Origin: Marsupella aquatica
Lineage: Eukaryota > Plantae > Marchantiophyta
NCBI GenBank assembly: GCA_973895155.1
Contig: OZ316896.1
Coordinates: forward strand, 6,838,232-6,902,231
Reading direction: 5' to 3'
DNA: 64,000 nt
Shown here: piece by piece, positions 38,745 to 51,379 of the stretch
How the letters are laid out: each line of letters starts with the position of its first letter
Numbering within the stretch: the first letter of the stretch is position 1
Notes under the pieces: generated by a model
Told to the model about the DNA's origin: nothing
The model's input: the letters and a program-made list of their open reading frames with translations, nothing else
Database searches by the model: none
Program-made: the position numbers and the translations under genes

Positions 38745-39129
38745 ACAAGTAGGAGCAAGTAGGACTGGATGTACTGGTTGAAGTTGACTCTTACAGTTTT
38801 TCTGTGTTAAAGTTGTTGGCTATCCACACTTTCAATGTAAAGAGGTTCCATATTATGATGGAAGTTTCTAGTTTTGGTGATCTTTTTTAGATGAGTAAAA
38901 TGTGTGTGCCTCAAGTATGCAATACATATGACAATCATGCATGATTTTTCATTGTCATATTCTTTTCATTATTGTAAGAGGTGGAAAACTGAGAATTTTT
39001 TGGCATTGTTTTCATGGAATGTGCGAGAAATTCATCCGCCAAAATGCCTCGCTAACAATGTTGCCTCGCTAGCAAAATCTCCTGTTTCCTTGCACCGTAC
39101 AATTCCTCCTTTGGGGCCTTCCTGATCTG

Positions 39130-39800
39130 CAGCTGCTCTTCATTGGGGGAAGGAGGTGTCCAGGTGGGTTGTCCACTAGCAATGCCACTTTCTTCTGGGT
39201 CATTGCCTTCATGTAATGCATGTAACACCCAATCCTGCAAGACATCAACTTTCATCCACGAACAAGAATTAGAATACCAAGTAATGCCAAAATTGTTCGG
39301 TTTTTAACTCTGAGTTTAGGTTCAGGGTTTAGGCTTTTGGGGGGCCTTGGAGAACTTAGACTTGTCAATTATCAGAGGTGGGAGCTCCGTCCTGCCATCC
39401 ATGTTTACACACAGTCCCACCATAGCCTTCTCCACTTTAAGGTCCTTAGAATTGCAAGGGAAGCTTCCTGCGCAGTGAGGAACCATTTGTACAGTACTTC
39501 CTCCACGGCCGGTCATTGGCAGTAACGTTAGAAAGCAGAGCAATTGATTTCTTCACGACCCTACAAATGACGGCTGCATGTAACCTGCACTCCACCTTAG
39601 AGTCTGCTGACACTGTCTTGTGTATTGAGGACGAGATTTGGACACTTCCCAGCTCGGTTCAGCAGCAACCAAGAATCCAACATCATGACTTAATATTTGC
39701 ATATTAGAACCATCCGTTGTGCTGTAGGATACTGCATGGAAAATCTTTCAAGTTAGAGCGACATCTTCCAATGCCTTCTCTATAAGCACTCACACCTTTT
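39130..39800 (-). pseudogene. pogo/Tigger-like (DDE_1) transposase remnant
   Basis: Fragments LCVNMDGRTELPPLIIDKSK, ITWYSNSCSWMKVDVLQDWV and an LEKAL HTH-like stretch. Confidence 0.6.
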
Positions 39801-40147
39801 CTTCCAGCTCTAAGTCAATTGGGTAGTTTCTCGTGCCTCGAATGTTTATTTGTTGGGATTTTGTAGCTGAATATTGTCAGTGGCGGCAACGTACAAGTAG
39901 TACGGCAAGTGCACTGATAGCAAAGTGAGACACTGTTGGTTGAGACAAGCAATCCAAGAAACGTCAAGTTCAGGTCCGGAAAGGACAAAGAAAACACAAA
40001 TTTGGTTTCATGTGCAGATGGGTTTAATTCGCACACTCTCTTTGCACAAAATCTTTGCCCTGAGAAATCTCTTGAATTTTTTGATGCTCAGGCGCCCACA
40101 TGCCAATTGTTACGTGGGTGGTTTAGAGTTTATGGTTAAGCTTTTAG

Positions 40148-40329
40148 AAGATTTGAAGGGAAAGGGGAGTTTGAAAGCATAAGGGTATGGTGGATAAGGA
40201 GATTTGGGAAGTAATTGAGAGTAAAGAGGGCGAGTGCCAAAGATTTGAAGGGAAAGGGGAGTTTGAAAGCGGAAGGGTATGGTGGATAAGGAGATTTGGG
40301 AAGTAATTGAGAGTAAAGAGGGCGAGTGC
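40148..40329. repeat. ~92-bp tandem duplication
   Basis: aagatttgaagggaaaggggagtttgaaagc occurs twice. Confidence 0.85.
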
Positions 40330-40379
40330 TTGGCAGGAGGAAAAATGAGTAAAAATGAATGACAATGTGGAGGCGGAGA

Positions 40380-43300
40380 TCGAGCAGCAGAGGAATTGTT
40401 TTTACGTAGAGGATTGAATCAAGTGTTGAAAAGCAAAGGGCGACGAGTTAAGAGGATTTTTGAGTATGTTTGGCAGGAGAGAGACGAGGAGAGAGACTGA
40501 ATACTTAGCACAGGGAAATTGAAAGCCTGACACAAGGAGATTGCTTGGCAGGAGAGAATTGGGTGTGCTTGGCGGAAGGAGATCAAGTGCTGGTAAGCAG
40601 AGGACTATGATGATAAGAGAACCTTGGTGGAGTCTTGAGAGTTGGTGATCAAATTGCTGCAAAGAGCGAAGGGTGGTACTTGTAGAGAGGTATTGCGGTG
40701 GTCGAGATAGAAGATCGAGAGTTCCAGGCAGAGAGGTTGTTGAAGTGTTGTTGGAGGAAGGTTGGAGATTCAAGAGACGGGGATTAAATTGCTGCAAGGA
40801 TCTAAAAGGGCAATGACAGTTTCAGTTGACATGAGAAAATTGTTAAGAAGCAGAAGGCGATGAAGTTTTCTTTAGAAGGCGTTGTTGGAATTCAGGGGTG
40901 AAGAGAAAAGTGGCTGCCAATGAATGGATGCTAATGAACAACAGTGCTAGGCAGAGAGCCAAAGATGATGGTGACTCAGGAGGAATTTGACTAATTGAAA
41001 TGAGGATTAAATTTGGGAAAAACTTTGATGAAGCCGTAAATGAAGAGAGCCCAAGAGTATAAACTAACATAAGAGCAATAACTTTGAAAGTGGAAAAATG
41101 GAGAAGAATGACAGGTGATAGTAATGAGGAAAAAGATTTTGATTGGGAGATAATTAAAAGTTTCCAACTTGAGTTATGGCTTGATATTAGGGGTATTTGT
41201 TTACTGTTTAGACAACCTGGGCAGGAGAATAAGCCGATTAAGATTGGATTCTTTTATGAATGGATTCCAGTGTTTGGAAACATATTTGAAAAAAGAGTGA
41301 TTTGTTGCCCAGGATAACTAGATTGAGTCTAGAAGAGCAAAATAAATTTAAAGTAGAAGTGATATGAAGCGGAGGTTTTTTGTGGTGGAATTGGCAAATA
41401 GTGCCTAAGAAGAAGAGTGAGTAAGAAGAAATGCAGAAAGAGAAAAAGACAAGTGAGGATGAAAGGGAAGCTCGAAGTTGGATAAGGCTTTGCAGCGAGT
41501 GCCAAGGCGAGACGATTGACAACTGAACCTGACCTGACGACTTGACCTGAACCAAAATAGAAACCCTAGTTGAGGAAAGGTCAACACAAGAGTTGATTAG
41601 TAGACTTCAAAAATGTTGTAAACCCTAAACTCATAAAGGTTATTATAAATGAAGAGTATTTTGATACTTTTGATTGTAACAAAGATGTATTGTGAATAGA
41701 GTGCCTGGTCTTCAAAACAAGAAAACTTGCGAATGATGTGGAATCCTTAAGAATGAAACCAAATAAATGTTAATGATATTAAAAAAAGGAGTGTTGATAT
41801 TCTAAATGAGTAGATGTTAAATGAAAAACTGAAATTTTCTAATCAAAGCATCTATCATTTAAGAAAATTAGTTCGTGGACCCCTTGAACTCCTGAAAGTC
41901 CACCTTCCCATTACCGTCCGCATAGACTCCCTTGATCATCTGTTGACACTTCTTATAACTATGTCCTTCTTTCATGTCCAGGCTCTTCAACACCGTCTGC
42001 ACATAGACAAGGCCCTTATTGAACCCTACTAAGCTTGCTTCTCTTTTGTTCGCTCGTGCCTCATGCGTTGGACAATCTAACAGTAGTGAGAGGCATCACC
42101 AAGTTAGGAACTGCAATGATGATGCCATGGAAAGGAGTGCTGAGTGATCCAACATAGAATCATGTCCACTTCTTCCTTCGTGGTAGCAAAAGGTCGAGAA
42201 AATTGTCACGATTATTTTGTCATCAGATCAACTTGCCGAGAGAGAGTTAGTTATTATTCAATTGAAAACATAATTCAGAATGCGGGTGGGCAGCGGTTAC
42301 TCAGGGTAAAAAACACGGAAGGTGGGCCTCCTACTAATTGAACAGTCTGTTAGCTAGGGTAAATAAAATGGTTATTTTTCAAACATTTTTACATCAAGGT
42401 TTACAGCATGGCATCCTCAATTTTACCAAAATCCTGCCACAAACACGAACGGTGAAGTAATTTTATTTTGTAAACCAATCCATACCTGTTTGGAGCGTGT
42501 CATGATGATGTGGCGCACTGTGGAGTCTCAAATTTTGGAAGGGACCTCTAGTGGGGTCCGTAAACAATCTTATCAAGACTCGTTAAGAAACAAAAAAAAG
42601 GGTAGAAAGAATATTGTTAGTTTAAAACTTTAACCAAAAGGAAAATTTAACTTTAAGTGGAGTCTTTTACTGAGATTTGAGACAATAACAAGGGAATTGA
42701 TGTGAGTTAATGTTAAATGTAAACTGAGTTCCTAAAAGTTATAAAGGTCATCTTTTCACCGCTTTAAACGGTATTCGGACACCATGGGCTAGGATCATGC
42801 CAGAGTTTTTGCATAGCCCTTTGTTCAAGTGCAAATCAAAGCTTTGTTGGGTCTGTTGGCCATTCATATTCAGGAAAGTCCCATACATCTTGCTAAGAGA
42901 AATCAATTGCAGGGGATTGGAGGCAATGAGAATTGAAGACAATGGGGATTGGGGGCGATGGTGAAGAGGCGTTGAGAGGAAGAATTTCTTTAGAAGAATG
43001 TGCAGGGTGCGGAAGGCAATTATAGTTTTCAGGAAATCCTTAGCTGCATCAAAATTCTGTATTGTGGTGTGTAGTAGTTGTGAAGATTTTCTTATGTGAA
43101 GGAGACCTGATAGCCATGAGCATAGGTGGCATAGGAGCTTTCGGTTGAAGAGGGGAAATGACAGTAGTTGGAGAGCTTGGACATACTCAAGACAAATGAA
43201 CTGTTGTGGGGAACAAGAAATTTGAGGAAGAGTGAGGTTGGATTGTGTTGTGGGATTTGGGAGCAATGGAATTACAGCCAAATTGAAGAAGGGAGAAGTA

Positions 43301-43750
43301 ATTCCTGATGGCGCTTGGCGTGTGCTGTGGTGTTTGAGTAAGTACTAATCAAGGAACGACAAGCAGTTGAGCACTTGATGTGTGTTGGGAGACTGCCAAG
43401 GAATTGGGGAAATAGGAAATGAAAGGCAATGGAAGATTTAGGAGCAATGTTTGGTGATGACTGAGTAGAAAGGGCAGCAGGCTGATGTGGGATTTCAATT
43501 CAAGAAGACAAACTCTGAGAGTCAATTGGGAGGAAATTAAGCACCAGCATTGATACAATACAGAAGTCGGGGCACAAGGGGAATTTTGCCATGATCGGAA
43601 TAGAGGTTGACTCAATAAGGAGCGTCACATAAAGGTGTTGGGCTGAGGACAAAAATGAAAAGTAACAATAAGTGATGGTGGGGAATGATTTGGGAATTCA
43701 GGAAAATAAGTTCCTGTCCCGGTTCTTGTTCAAATCAAACCACTCGTTAA
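40380..43750 (-). mobile_element. Highly degenerate LINE-like remnants in two blocks (~40380-41600 and ~42750-43750)
   Basis: Strong strand asymmetry and an SRL(D/N)...S(D)H-like endonuclease trace near 41330-41170. No intact ORF. Confidence 0.3.
41872..42010 (-). pseudogene. Calmodulin-like (CML) C-terminal EF-hand fragment
   Basis: Minus-strand translation VQTVLKSLDMKEGHSYKKCQQMIKGVYADGNGKVDFQEFKG matches the last EF-hand of plant CMLs. Confidence 0.65.
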
Positions 43751-44140
43751 TTTCTGCCCTTGAAATTGAAGCACAGACTCAATCTTTATTAATTTCCAAA
43801 CCATAGTGAAGTTCACAAAGCTTTGCCCAAAGGCAAGTCATTGTTGAGAATGCACTATGCTCAACAAAAATACTCTATTGAAACTTGTAACTAATTTTAG
43901 CTAGAGATCTAGCTTGGACCTGGAACTCCTCTTTGGTAAGGACATGATTGTCTCTTAGAAAGATGCTTTAATTTCTTCTGAAGCATGTCCAATTCATGTT
44001 GCTCTGCCTTTTGGCTTGTTCTCCTGATGTTACAATTCTGTCAACTCAGCATTCCTCTGGCTATCTGCCATAGAGAATGAGAATATTTGATTAGGAACCC
44101 CCACCTGCTCACGCAAGACTGTAAGAGAGGCTGATCCTGT

Positions 44141-44244
44141 TTTCTCCATACTATTTGCCATCTTTTGTAGTGCATATGCTGCCCAACTTTGCATTTCTCC
44201 ATACTATTTGCCATCTTTTGTAGTGCATCTGCTGCCCAACTTTG
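44141..44244. repeat. 53-bp tandem duplication
   Basis: tttctccatactatttgccatcttttgtagtgcat at 44141 and 44194. Confidence 0.85.
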
Positions 44245-44299
44245 AATTTCTTGGCGTGTCTTCCTAGGCTTCTGCTCTTCAATAATCTTCTTGCCTACA

Positions 44300-44810
44300 T
44301 ATTGAGAGCCACCACCACCAGCTGCTGAAAGAGCATCACCTGAAGCTGGAGGCCCTTTCTCCTTCTAGTCATCTCTCAGCTGGATCATACCTCTCCATTG
44401 ATGCCCATCACTAGCTAGAATTTCATCAAGCGCATCCTCAGGTTGCACAACTATTCTCTCAGCATCCTTTGGATCACTCGCCCCTGTTGTCTCATAATTG
44501 ATAATTATTTTCTCTCAAAGCCTCCTGCATTTGTCACTGTGAGGGTCTCTCACTCTCAGGTGGGGGAAAAATCCCCTCTGCCATGCAAGACCTCTCCAAT
44601 GTCCTTCACGTAATCTTTGTACACCTTGTGCCAGACCTTGGTTGAAACCTTTCCCGTCTTCCCCTTGCAGTACTGTGGAAAATGTGTGAGATAGCTAGCT
44701 TTCAACGCTGCTATCATTTGAGAATCAAGGAGCCCCTTCTCCTTTTGATCCCCACCTCCAGGTTGACCGCCATTTTCTTTCTGTGTCATGCTGGGAGGTT
44801 GACTGTTCAC
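44300..44810 (-). pseudogene. Possible Myb/SANT-like (Harbinger ORF2-type) remnant
   Basis: MIAALKASY...KVWHKVYKDY followed by a degenerate C-K-x-F...Y...TG pattern. Confidence 0.3.
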
Positions 44811-45955
44811 GTAGCTTTCTCCAGCAGAGCTTTGGTCAGAACTTCAACAAATTGATATCGGGGCAGGACATGGAGTTGTGCCAAGCTCAGGTGCCTCTTC
44901 AGAAATCATCAAGCCCTCTCTGTTCTCTCCGGCTCACCGTTCCCACCCGGTCTGGTGCAGCGCAGCCCTTGTCATCATAACACTACACTCTTTACAAGTC
45001 TAGGCTTGAACGGCTAAGAGTAGGCTGTTTTGCTGCCTACCGTAACTCCTATTTTTAAGTTGTGAGAACACTTTATGGACAATTCCCAAACACTCTTTTT
45101 AGGCTATGTGCTGCACGTTCGGCTGAAACTTTCCAGACAACTTTAATGACAGGTAAGGTAGGGAAAGAAGTGGATGGACCAAATCTAACTTGTGACACTA
45201 TTACTGAAATATTTCAAACTTCAAAAGAACAAGGGGCTCCCAACTGGGAGACATGGTCCTAAAGAGCCAAAAGGCCAGGTAAAACAAGCAGAGTGAGCAC
45301 AACAGGACTGACCAGGAATCAAATAACCCAAAACCCTACCTCTTGGCAAACTGAAGAGCCTAGTAGAGCTCTCAGGCAAACTGCATAGGGGGTCCAGCGA
45401 AGGGATCTGTCTGGAAACTAATTATCAAAGGTTAGATCAAATAACCACAATGGGTAGTGGGTAAGCTAGAGGGACACTAATGTCTTGTGAAGGAGCTAAA
45501 TGCTGATGTGTATGGTACTGCTTACCACTACTTAACCTAAACTTTTGATTGCTCATTTATTTGCATTGTACTTTTTTGTTTTGCAAGCTCCTTTGACTTT
45601 TATGGTCCCAGAGCTTATAGTACATTACCATTACCATTATCACTGCCTTTTGGAAAACCAAGAGTGTTGTGCGAGCTGAGCTGTTCCTACTGAAGATTGA
45701 CAATACATATTAAATTGTTAACTAAACATATTCAACATACTTTCCAATATTTACATTTACATTTTTTCTTGGTATCTGATACCATTGCAACAGGAGCGTT
45801 GCCTATTGGTGAAAATGGATGACACATATGTTTCGTTGCCACTCCCCCATTATGCAGCTCAATAAGGGGTTGGCGTTGTAGGAGTGTGTTGCCTGTTGCT
45901 CCCCCATATGCTATCTGTTGATGACCAACAGATCACACATGTATGTTGCCACTCC

Positions 45956-46090
45956 CACAGTATGGGGTGTAGCGTAGTTCATTTTCTTTGAAAGGAACAA
46001 GACCAAACTAACATTCACAGTCTTGGTTGCCACATTCACAGTATGGGGTGTAGCATAGTTCATTTCCTTTGAAAGGAACAAGACCAAACT
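45956..46090. repeat. ~81-bp tandem duplication
   Basis: cacagtatggggtgtagc...gaaaggaacaagaccaaact occurs twice. Confidence 0.8.
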
Positions 46091-46583
46091 CAAAATAAGT
46101 GTCTTTAGGAGCAAAAGATAGAAGACTTACTTGCCCTGCCCATATATTTTGCAACTAAAATGCCACAAAACTGAGACGAGATGTAGTGAATCCATTATAG
46201 AATTAACCTAGATCAAAGAATTGAGTCTGGGAACAAAATGTCCTTATCTCTCCTTTTGATTGCAAACAGAAGTCTAGGAACGTGTTTTTTTTTGGTAACC
46301 TCAGTCAGCACTGGTCATTCGCAGGGATCACAGAGGTAGCTGAGATCACAGAGGTAGCCGAGAGTCAGTGCCCTTCCCTGTACCATTCACTGTGAAAAAC
46401 AGTCTACCAGCTTCCCCGGAAAAGAGCCTGGGTGCTATATTCAAACCCAGCGCAGGGAATGAAAGGGGTCGTGCAAGCTTGAGCTCGAAAAGGGGCATAC
46501 ATTTGTGAGGATGCTCCCATCTCAATTTTGATTTGGCAAGATACAATTGACTCAGGAGTGTAATTGTGTCCTAAGAGCATCTC

Positions 46584-46773
46584 TGTGCTCTGACCCTGTT
46601 TGATGCACCGAAGAAATTAGATATTAAATACCATACTATCCTCAATACACCTGGTCCCAGGCTCGTTCACAATGCTGTGCTCTGACCCTGCTGGATGCAC
46701 CGAAGAAATTGGATATTAAACCCCATACCCTAACCATCCTCAATACACCTGGTCCCAGTCTCGTTCACAATGC
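46584..46773. repeat. ~92-bp tandem duplication
   Basis: tgtgctctgaccctg...gatgcaccgaagaaatt...ctcgttcacaatgc occurs twice. Confidence 0.8.
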
Positions 46774-48225
46774 CTCGTACAACGCTTGTCCAAGCAGTGA
46801 CGGAACATACACTTCTTCCCCAAGTTGGCACTTTTCCGGATTTTAGATCACTAGACCCACTGATGCTTTTGGGTAAACGGTAGGCTAGTGTACCAAGACG
46901 GTGACTCAATCCCCGAGTAAAGATTTAAAACAACGAGGGGTCGGAAGTCAGTTATCGAGCCCATGCATATCTTGCCAATTTGGAACTAACTCTACCAACA
47001 GAGTTTTGATTTGTGGGAGTTTTGTGATTGGCCCGGGCTTTCAGGAGATGTGACGTGAGGATGGGTTCCCTTAAAGACAGTTCAGAACGGTCACTCAATA
47101 TCATTGTGAAGTACATTTGGAAGCCCTTAACTTGCAATGAACCTCGGCCAAAATATGGTTTCGGAAAGAAAGGAAAAGGGTTTCCCGACTGTCTCAATTG
47201 ACGCTCGTGAGCACAATAAATCTACAATATTGCTTTGCAACAAAAGTCCTCAGATGACGATGTTCACAACCAATCCTACGCTTTTCAATTATATCAGAGC
47301 GGCACTCCCCGATGCACCAAGTTAAGCGACTTGCAGCGCTATTCACATGATGAACTCACTGGAGAACCACCCAACGGAATATAATACAGGTAGTTATCAT
47401 ACTGGTGGAACTCCCCGAAACAGTCCAGAAGGACATAGCACTCCTACATACCACAAAGAAGCTGCCTTCCTGAACTCGACTATAGTATTGGCCCGCATCC
47501 AGCCTCAAGTAGACTCACGTATTATCGACAACTCAGCATAAGACTACACAAGTCTTGCACATCCTCGTACAACAAGCTAAAGAAAATCTGAGTAATCTAC
47601 GGGATATCTAGATCATAGCAGACAAAATAGACTCAATTCCACACAAGGTTACATTGAAGCATCTGCAGGAGCTGAACTCGGTTGAGTTCAGCGACGTTAC
47701 CCAGAAAGTAGGAGAACGTGAGTATACCACTGACGATTGACGCTCCGAGTCAATGGTATAACCAAAGCAGACGAGTATTTAGCGCTCAGCAACATGTCGT
47801 AAGCTAGGTGGAGCAAAAGTAGTTTCCACCTAGTAGAAAGGAGTACATACCAATCATGGGCTCCGAACTCAAGTTTGCAAAAGAAACAGTACACACCGAA
47901 CAGAAACAGCCTTCGAATTGAGGTGCATGACACCTGACGTGCATTCAATCCTACAGCACTACTACCCTTCTCTGTACCGTAGCGAAAACAAATGAACTAC
48001 ACTGCATTCAAAAACTGCTGTCAAATCTACGGTCAAGAGTTTGAAACTAAGCCAAGCCCTACTTTCCAGGATCGGAATCATGACACTCAACTCATGACTT
48101 ACAGTTGATAAAATTGCCGGGAGCAGGCAGAGTAGACACTGCAGGCAGGATAACAGGCACATCTCCTTATCACCCAGAGGACCTTTGCTCGCATTGAAGT
48201 CGACAAGAAGACTGTCGCCATCCAA

Positions 48226-49332
48226 TCACTCAAATGGGGCTGGCTTCCTCAACAATAGCAGGTGCATTGGAGTGAAGATACCCGTCTCTCCCCCTTTGGT
48301 CAGAAAAGCAGCCGTTTTGAATAACATCTCATGCACATCGACTACACCCTGCGGTGCAATGCCTAAAAAGGTCAAAAAGGCAATGACCAAATGGTTTCTG
48401 TACCATGCTATCCGTCCCATTTTCAAACGTTTCCACCAAGGGGCTGCAGGCGGAAGGGCCAAATCCAGATTTTCTAGAACCTGGAATCCAACATCCTTGG
48501 CGATCTCCTCAATCTGTACGTAACTCCTCAATCCGGGAAGTGCATTCCCAATTTCAATGCCGTGTATGATTTCCAAATGATCCTTGCTTTCTGACTTGTA
48601 CTTCGGAGTTGTCACCCATTCGTACGTCACGTAGAGCTGGCCTGGTTTCAAAACCCGGTAGATCTCTTCGTAGACTTCCTTTAAGGCTGGAGCGTGGCAA
48701 GTAGCTTCAATGGAATACACTGCATCGAAACTGTTGTCCGGGAAAGGCATGTGCAAGAAGTCGCCGCAAACTACCTCACAGAGATGATCGAGACCTGCTT
48801 TCTTGTTGTGACTACGAGCCCGTGCAACCTGATAGTCATTGATCGTTATTCCGACAATATGACTTCCAGAGTGGGTTGCGATGGCTCGCATTGGCCCTCC
48901 CACGCCGCATCCAGCATCCAAAACCTTCAAGTCAGGTTTCAGCTTCAGCAGATTAGACACTTTCACTTCGTGTAATCTAGTGGCCTCCTTATGAGACTTA
49001 CCTAGAACATCAGGAGAGAAGTGAAAGCTTTGTCCCCACCCCCACTCGTATATGTCCGTGACAAGATTGTAAAATGTATCCACGAGTTTGGGGACGCTAT
49101 CCTTCTCCTCAATCTGTTTGGGCTTCTCAAAAAACGTAGCGTACTCCTTGTAGTTGTCGGCCACCTCCGCCCGATCGAGCGAACCTCCACCAAGTTCCAC
49201 GGCCCGCTTCCCCTGCCTTTCTGCTGGAACGGCAAACACAACGTAGTACAACACCATCGCGACAAGCCCGGTCAATCCAACAGCTCCCCAGGTGAACCAT
49301 TGTGAACTTCCAGTCGTTGCCAGTAACTCCAT
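48226..49332 (-). CDS. SMT2: Sterol C24-methyltransferase 2 (24-methylenesterol C-methyltransferase), intronless, 368 aa
   Basis: YNLVTDIYEWGWGQSFHF, VLDAGCGVGGPMRAIA, YSIEATCHAP, GIEIGNALPGLR, WWKRLKMGRIAWYRNH, GIFTPMH; N-terminal membrane anchor. Confidence 0.95.
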   Translation of the reverse strand: MELLATTGSSQWFTWGAVGLTGLVAMVLYYVVFAVPAERQGKRAVELGGGSLDRAEVADNYKEYATFFEKPKQIEEKDSVPKLVDTFYNLVTDIYEWGWGQSFHFSPDVLGKSHKEATRLHEVKVSNLLKLKPDLKVLDAGCGVGGPMRAIATHSGSHIVGITINDYQVARARSHNKKAGLDHLCEVVCGDFLHMPFPDNSFDAVYSIEATCHAPALKEVYEEIYRVLKPGQLYVTYEWVTTPKYKSESKDHLEIIHGIEIGNALPGLRSYVQIEEIAKDVGFQVLENLDLALPPAAPWWKRLKMGRIAWYRNHLVIAFLTFLGIAPQGVVDVHEMLFKTAAFLTKGGETGIFTPMHLLLLRKPAPFE

Positions 49333-50440
49333 ACCCTCCCCTTCCTCCTCTATGCACTCAGCGACCCGTATGCCTGCCTCTTCTCACAATGACAACCTCG
49401 GAACTAACCTGATCCAAACTGCCTGGGTCTCGTTGTGCCTTCGTATTCACTTCGAGCGCACAGTTGTGCAGCGCTACTCCCAATTCCCGTGCTTACGGCA
49501 CTCCGGCACGCTTGTTAACACTACTCTCTTCACATATTACGAGGGGTCGTCTTACTGCCGATGTGCTATTAGGAAACGCCAGCCCGAAAGAATCCGTCTG
49601 TGCGTGCTCCCATCAAAGGCGCCGCAGCTGACTACCGTAGCCTGCCAGCCAGCCGGCCCGGACCGCCCGCCTTTCACTCTCGCAGGTCGCCCTGCCCCGG
49701 ATCCAGACACCGACTGTACAAGCCCCAATCGATAGGCAACCAGAGCCTAGGCTGCTCGCAAAGAAGGAAAGATTGACGAGAATCACCTCTATTAAATAAG
49801 TGCAACCTCCATAAGGGAGACAAGGTCTTTTAGTGCAACTTTAGGGCTTTGCAAGATTCGACCTACAGAAACATGAAAAACATGGAGTGAGATATAACTG
49901 CAATACCTCTATAAGTGCTAAGGTCCCGTTTATGCATATTTGCACTTAATAATACCAGGCAACACTCACGAATTGAGAAAACTTTGTGACACTGCCTCAT
50001 TTTTTGTCTTGTAGTGATATGTAATTCATCTAATTTATTTATGGCAAGAGAAGAGAATAGAATCTAAAGCACATGCCAAGAAAATAATATCTGTTGCGAG
50101 TGAGATAATACACAACACCATAAGTACACATGCAAAGAAAAGCATATAATGACCAGGAAAGTACAAAGTTAATGAAGAACTGTGCACATAAAATTAAGAT
50201 TTTCACTTGCTTCTAGTTAACTAAGAACTGTGCACATAAAATACATATTTTCACTTCTAGGTAATGACAATCACGTCAATTAATCCGTGGACCCCCAAAT
50301 TCATCCAAAGAATGTGTACGTGTGTGATGAAGCAAAATTGTTTTATTTTGAGCAAATAAAAGAAAGAGGTAAATGTTTTGTTTATGCAAAATATTTTTTT
50401 GATATAATATTTGATCCACCTAACAGTGCCTAAGTCCCTT

Positions 50441-51110
50441 CTAGTTGGCATTGTATTTGTGCTTCAAAGAAGCGCCCACTGTCGAGGTCTCATCCCTGTT
50501 CTGAGCGGGGACATCGGTGATCAGGCCTTCCTCGCTGCTCCTCTGCAGATGGTTGATCAGCGTTTGCGCATTGTCTTTAGTCAAGTTGACCAGCATGTCG
50601 ATTGACATCTTGAAGTCGTGCCTCGGCCTTGTCACCTGGGTCAGGCGCGCTCCCTTGGTATGCTGAATGTATTTGTGTGTCGCCTCCTTCTTGGTCAGCT
50701 GGTCCTCATCGAAAGGTACTGCCATGTACCTGAGCACCTCTTTTTGCACTCCTGTGTTACAATTTGAGGTTGAGTTAGTACGTTATTGTTCTTGAATGTT
50801 GTGAGAGGTTTGAGTGGGAGTCTGATCTTGTTACCTGTTGCTGGTCTCTTGTTGTAGAGTTCCTTGAAATCTTCAAAGAATTTCTTGCGGTTGTCAATCA
50901 ATTTTGACATGTTTCTCCTACTGATGTTGGAGTCCCATTCCGAGGCCTTGATTCCCATATCGTCTGCGTACTTGATCTGCTTGGTTGTGGAGACGTTTAT
51001 CTCAAGATTGTGGTCCCCTGTAGGCAGCTCACGCATGATCAATCGCGCCAGCTTGACTGCCGTCATGGGCTGTAGTGAAACACCGACAAACTGTTAGTTG
51101 GTGTTAGTAT
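50441..51110 (-). pseudogene. Unknown coding segment downstream of the PIF1 fragment
   Basis: Overlapping ORFs 50695-51066 and 50441-50749 with coding-like codon bias and CTAAC...AG acceptor-like sites near 51094 and 50752. Confidence 0.35.
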
Positions 51111-51379
51111 TACGTTAGTTCTTGTCAATTTCTTTAGATATGTTTTTCCTCATGAATTTAATAGTGGTGAAGAGATTGGGAGATGGATTGTAGTGGTGTT
51201 ACCGTCGTGATGTTTGTCTTGGCGGCTGGTGCGGTCGTCTCAATGTGCGCCGGCTCCTGTGGATGTGCCTGGGATGACTTCCTAGCCTTGCTCTGTTTGC
51301 TGGTCGACATCTGCTTCACCGTGAACGGGTAAATCTTGGGATAAGCAAAACACTTTGAAGTCAGACGGCCTGAGATTTC

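Larger units (their letters stand above)
31403..39113. mobile_element. Mutator-like (MULE) DNA transposon with accessory genes; left boundary uncertain
   Basis: Contains a DDE+SWIM transposase and a divergent ParB/MTase-like gene. The right end is inferred from where homology with 56280-56322 stops. Confidence 0.6.

Noticed and set aside
45775-45790. ctgatacca tRNA-Met PBS-like site
   Set aside because: Short match without a definable LTR pair or coding region.
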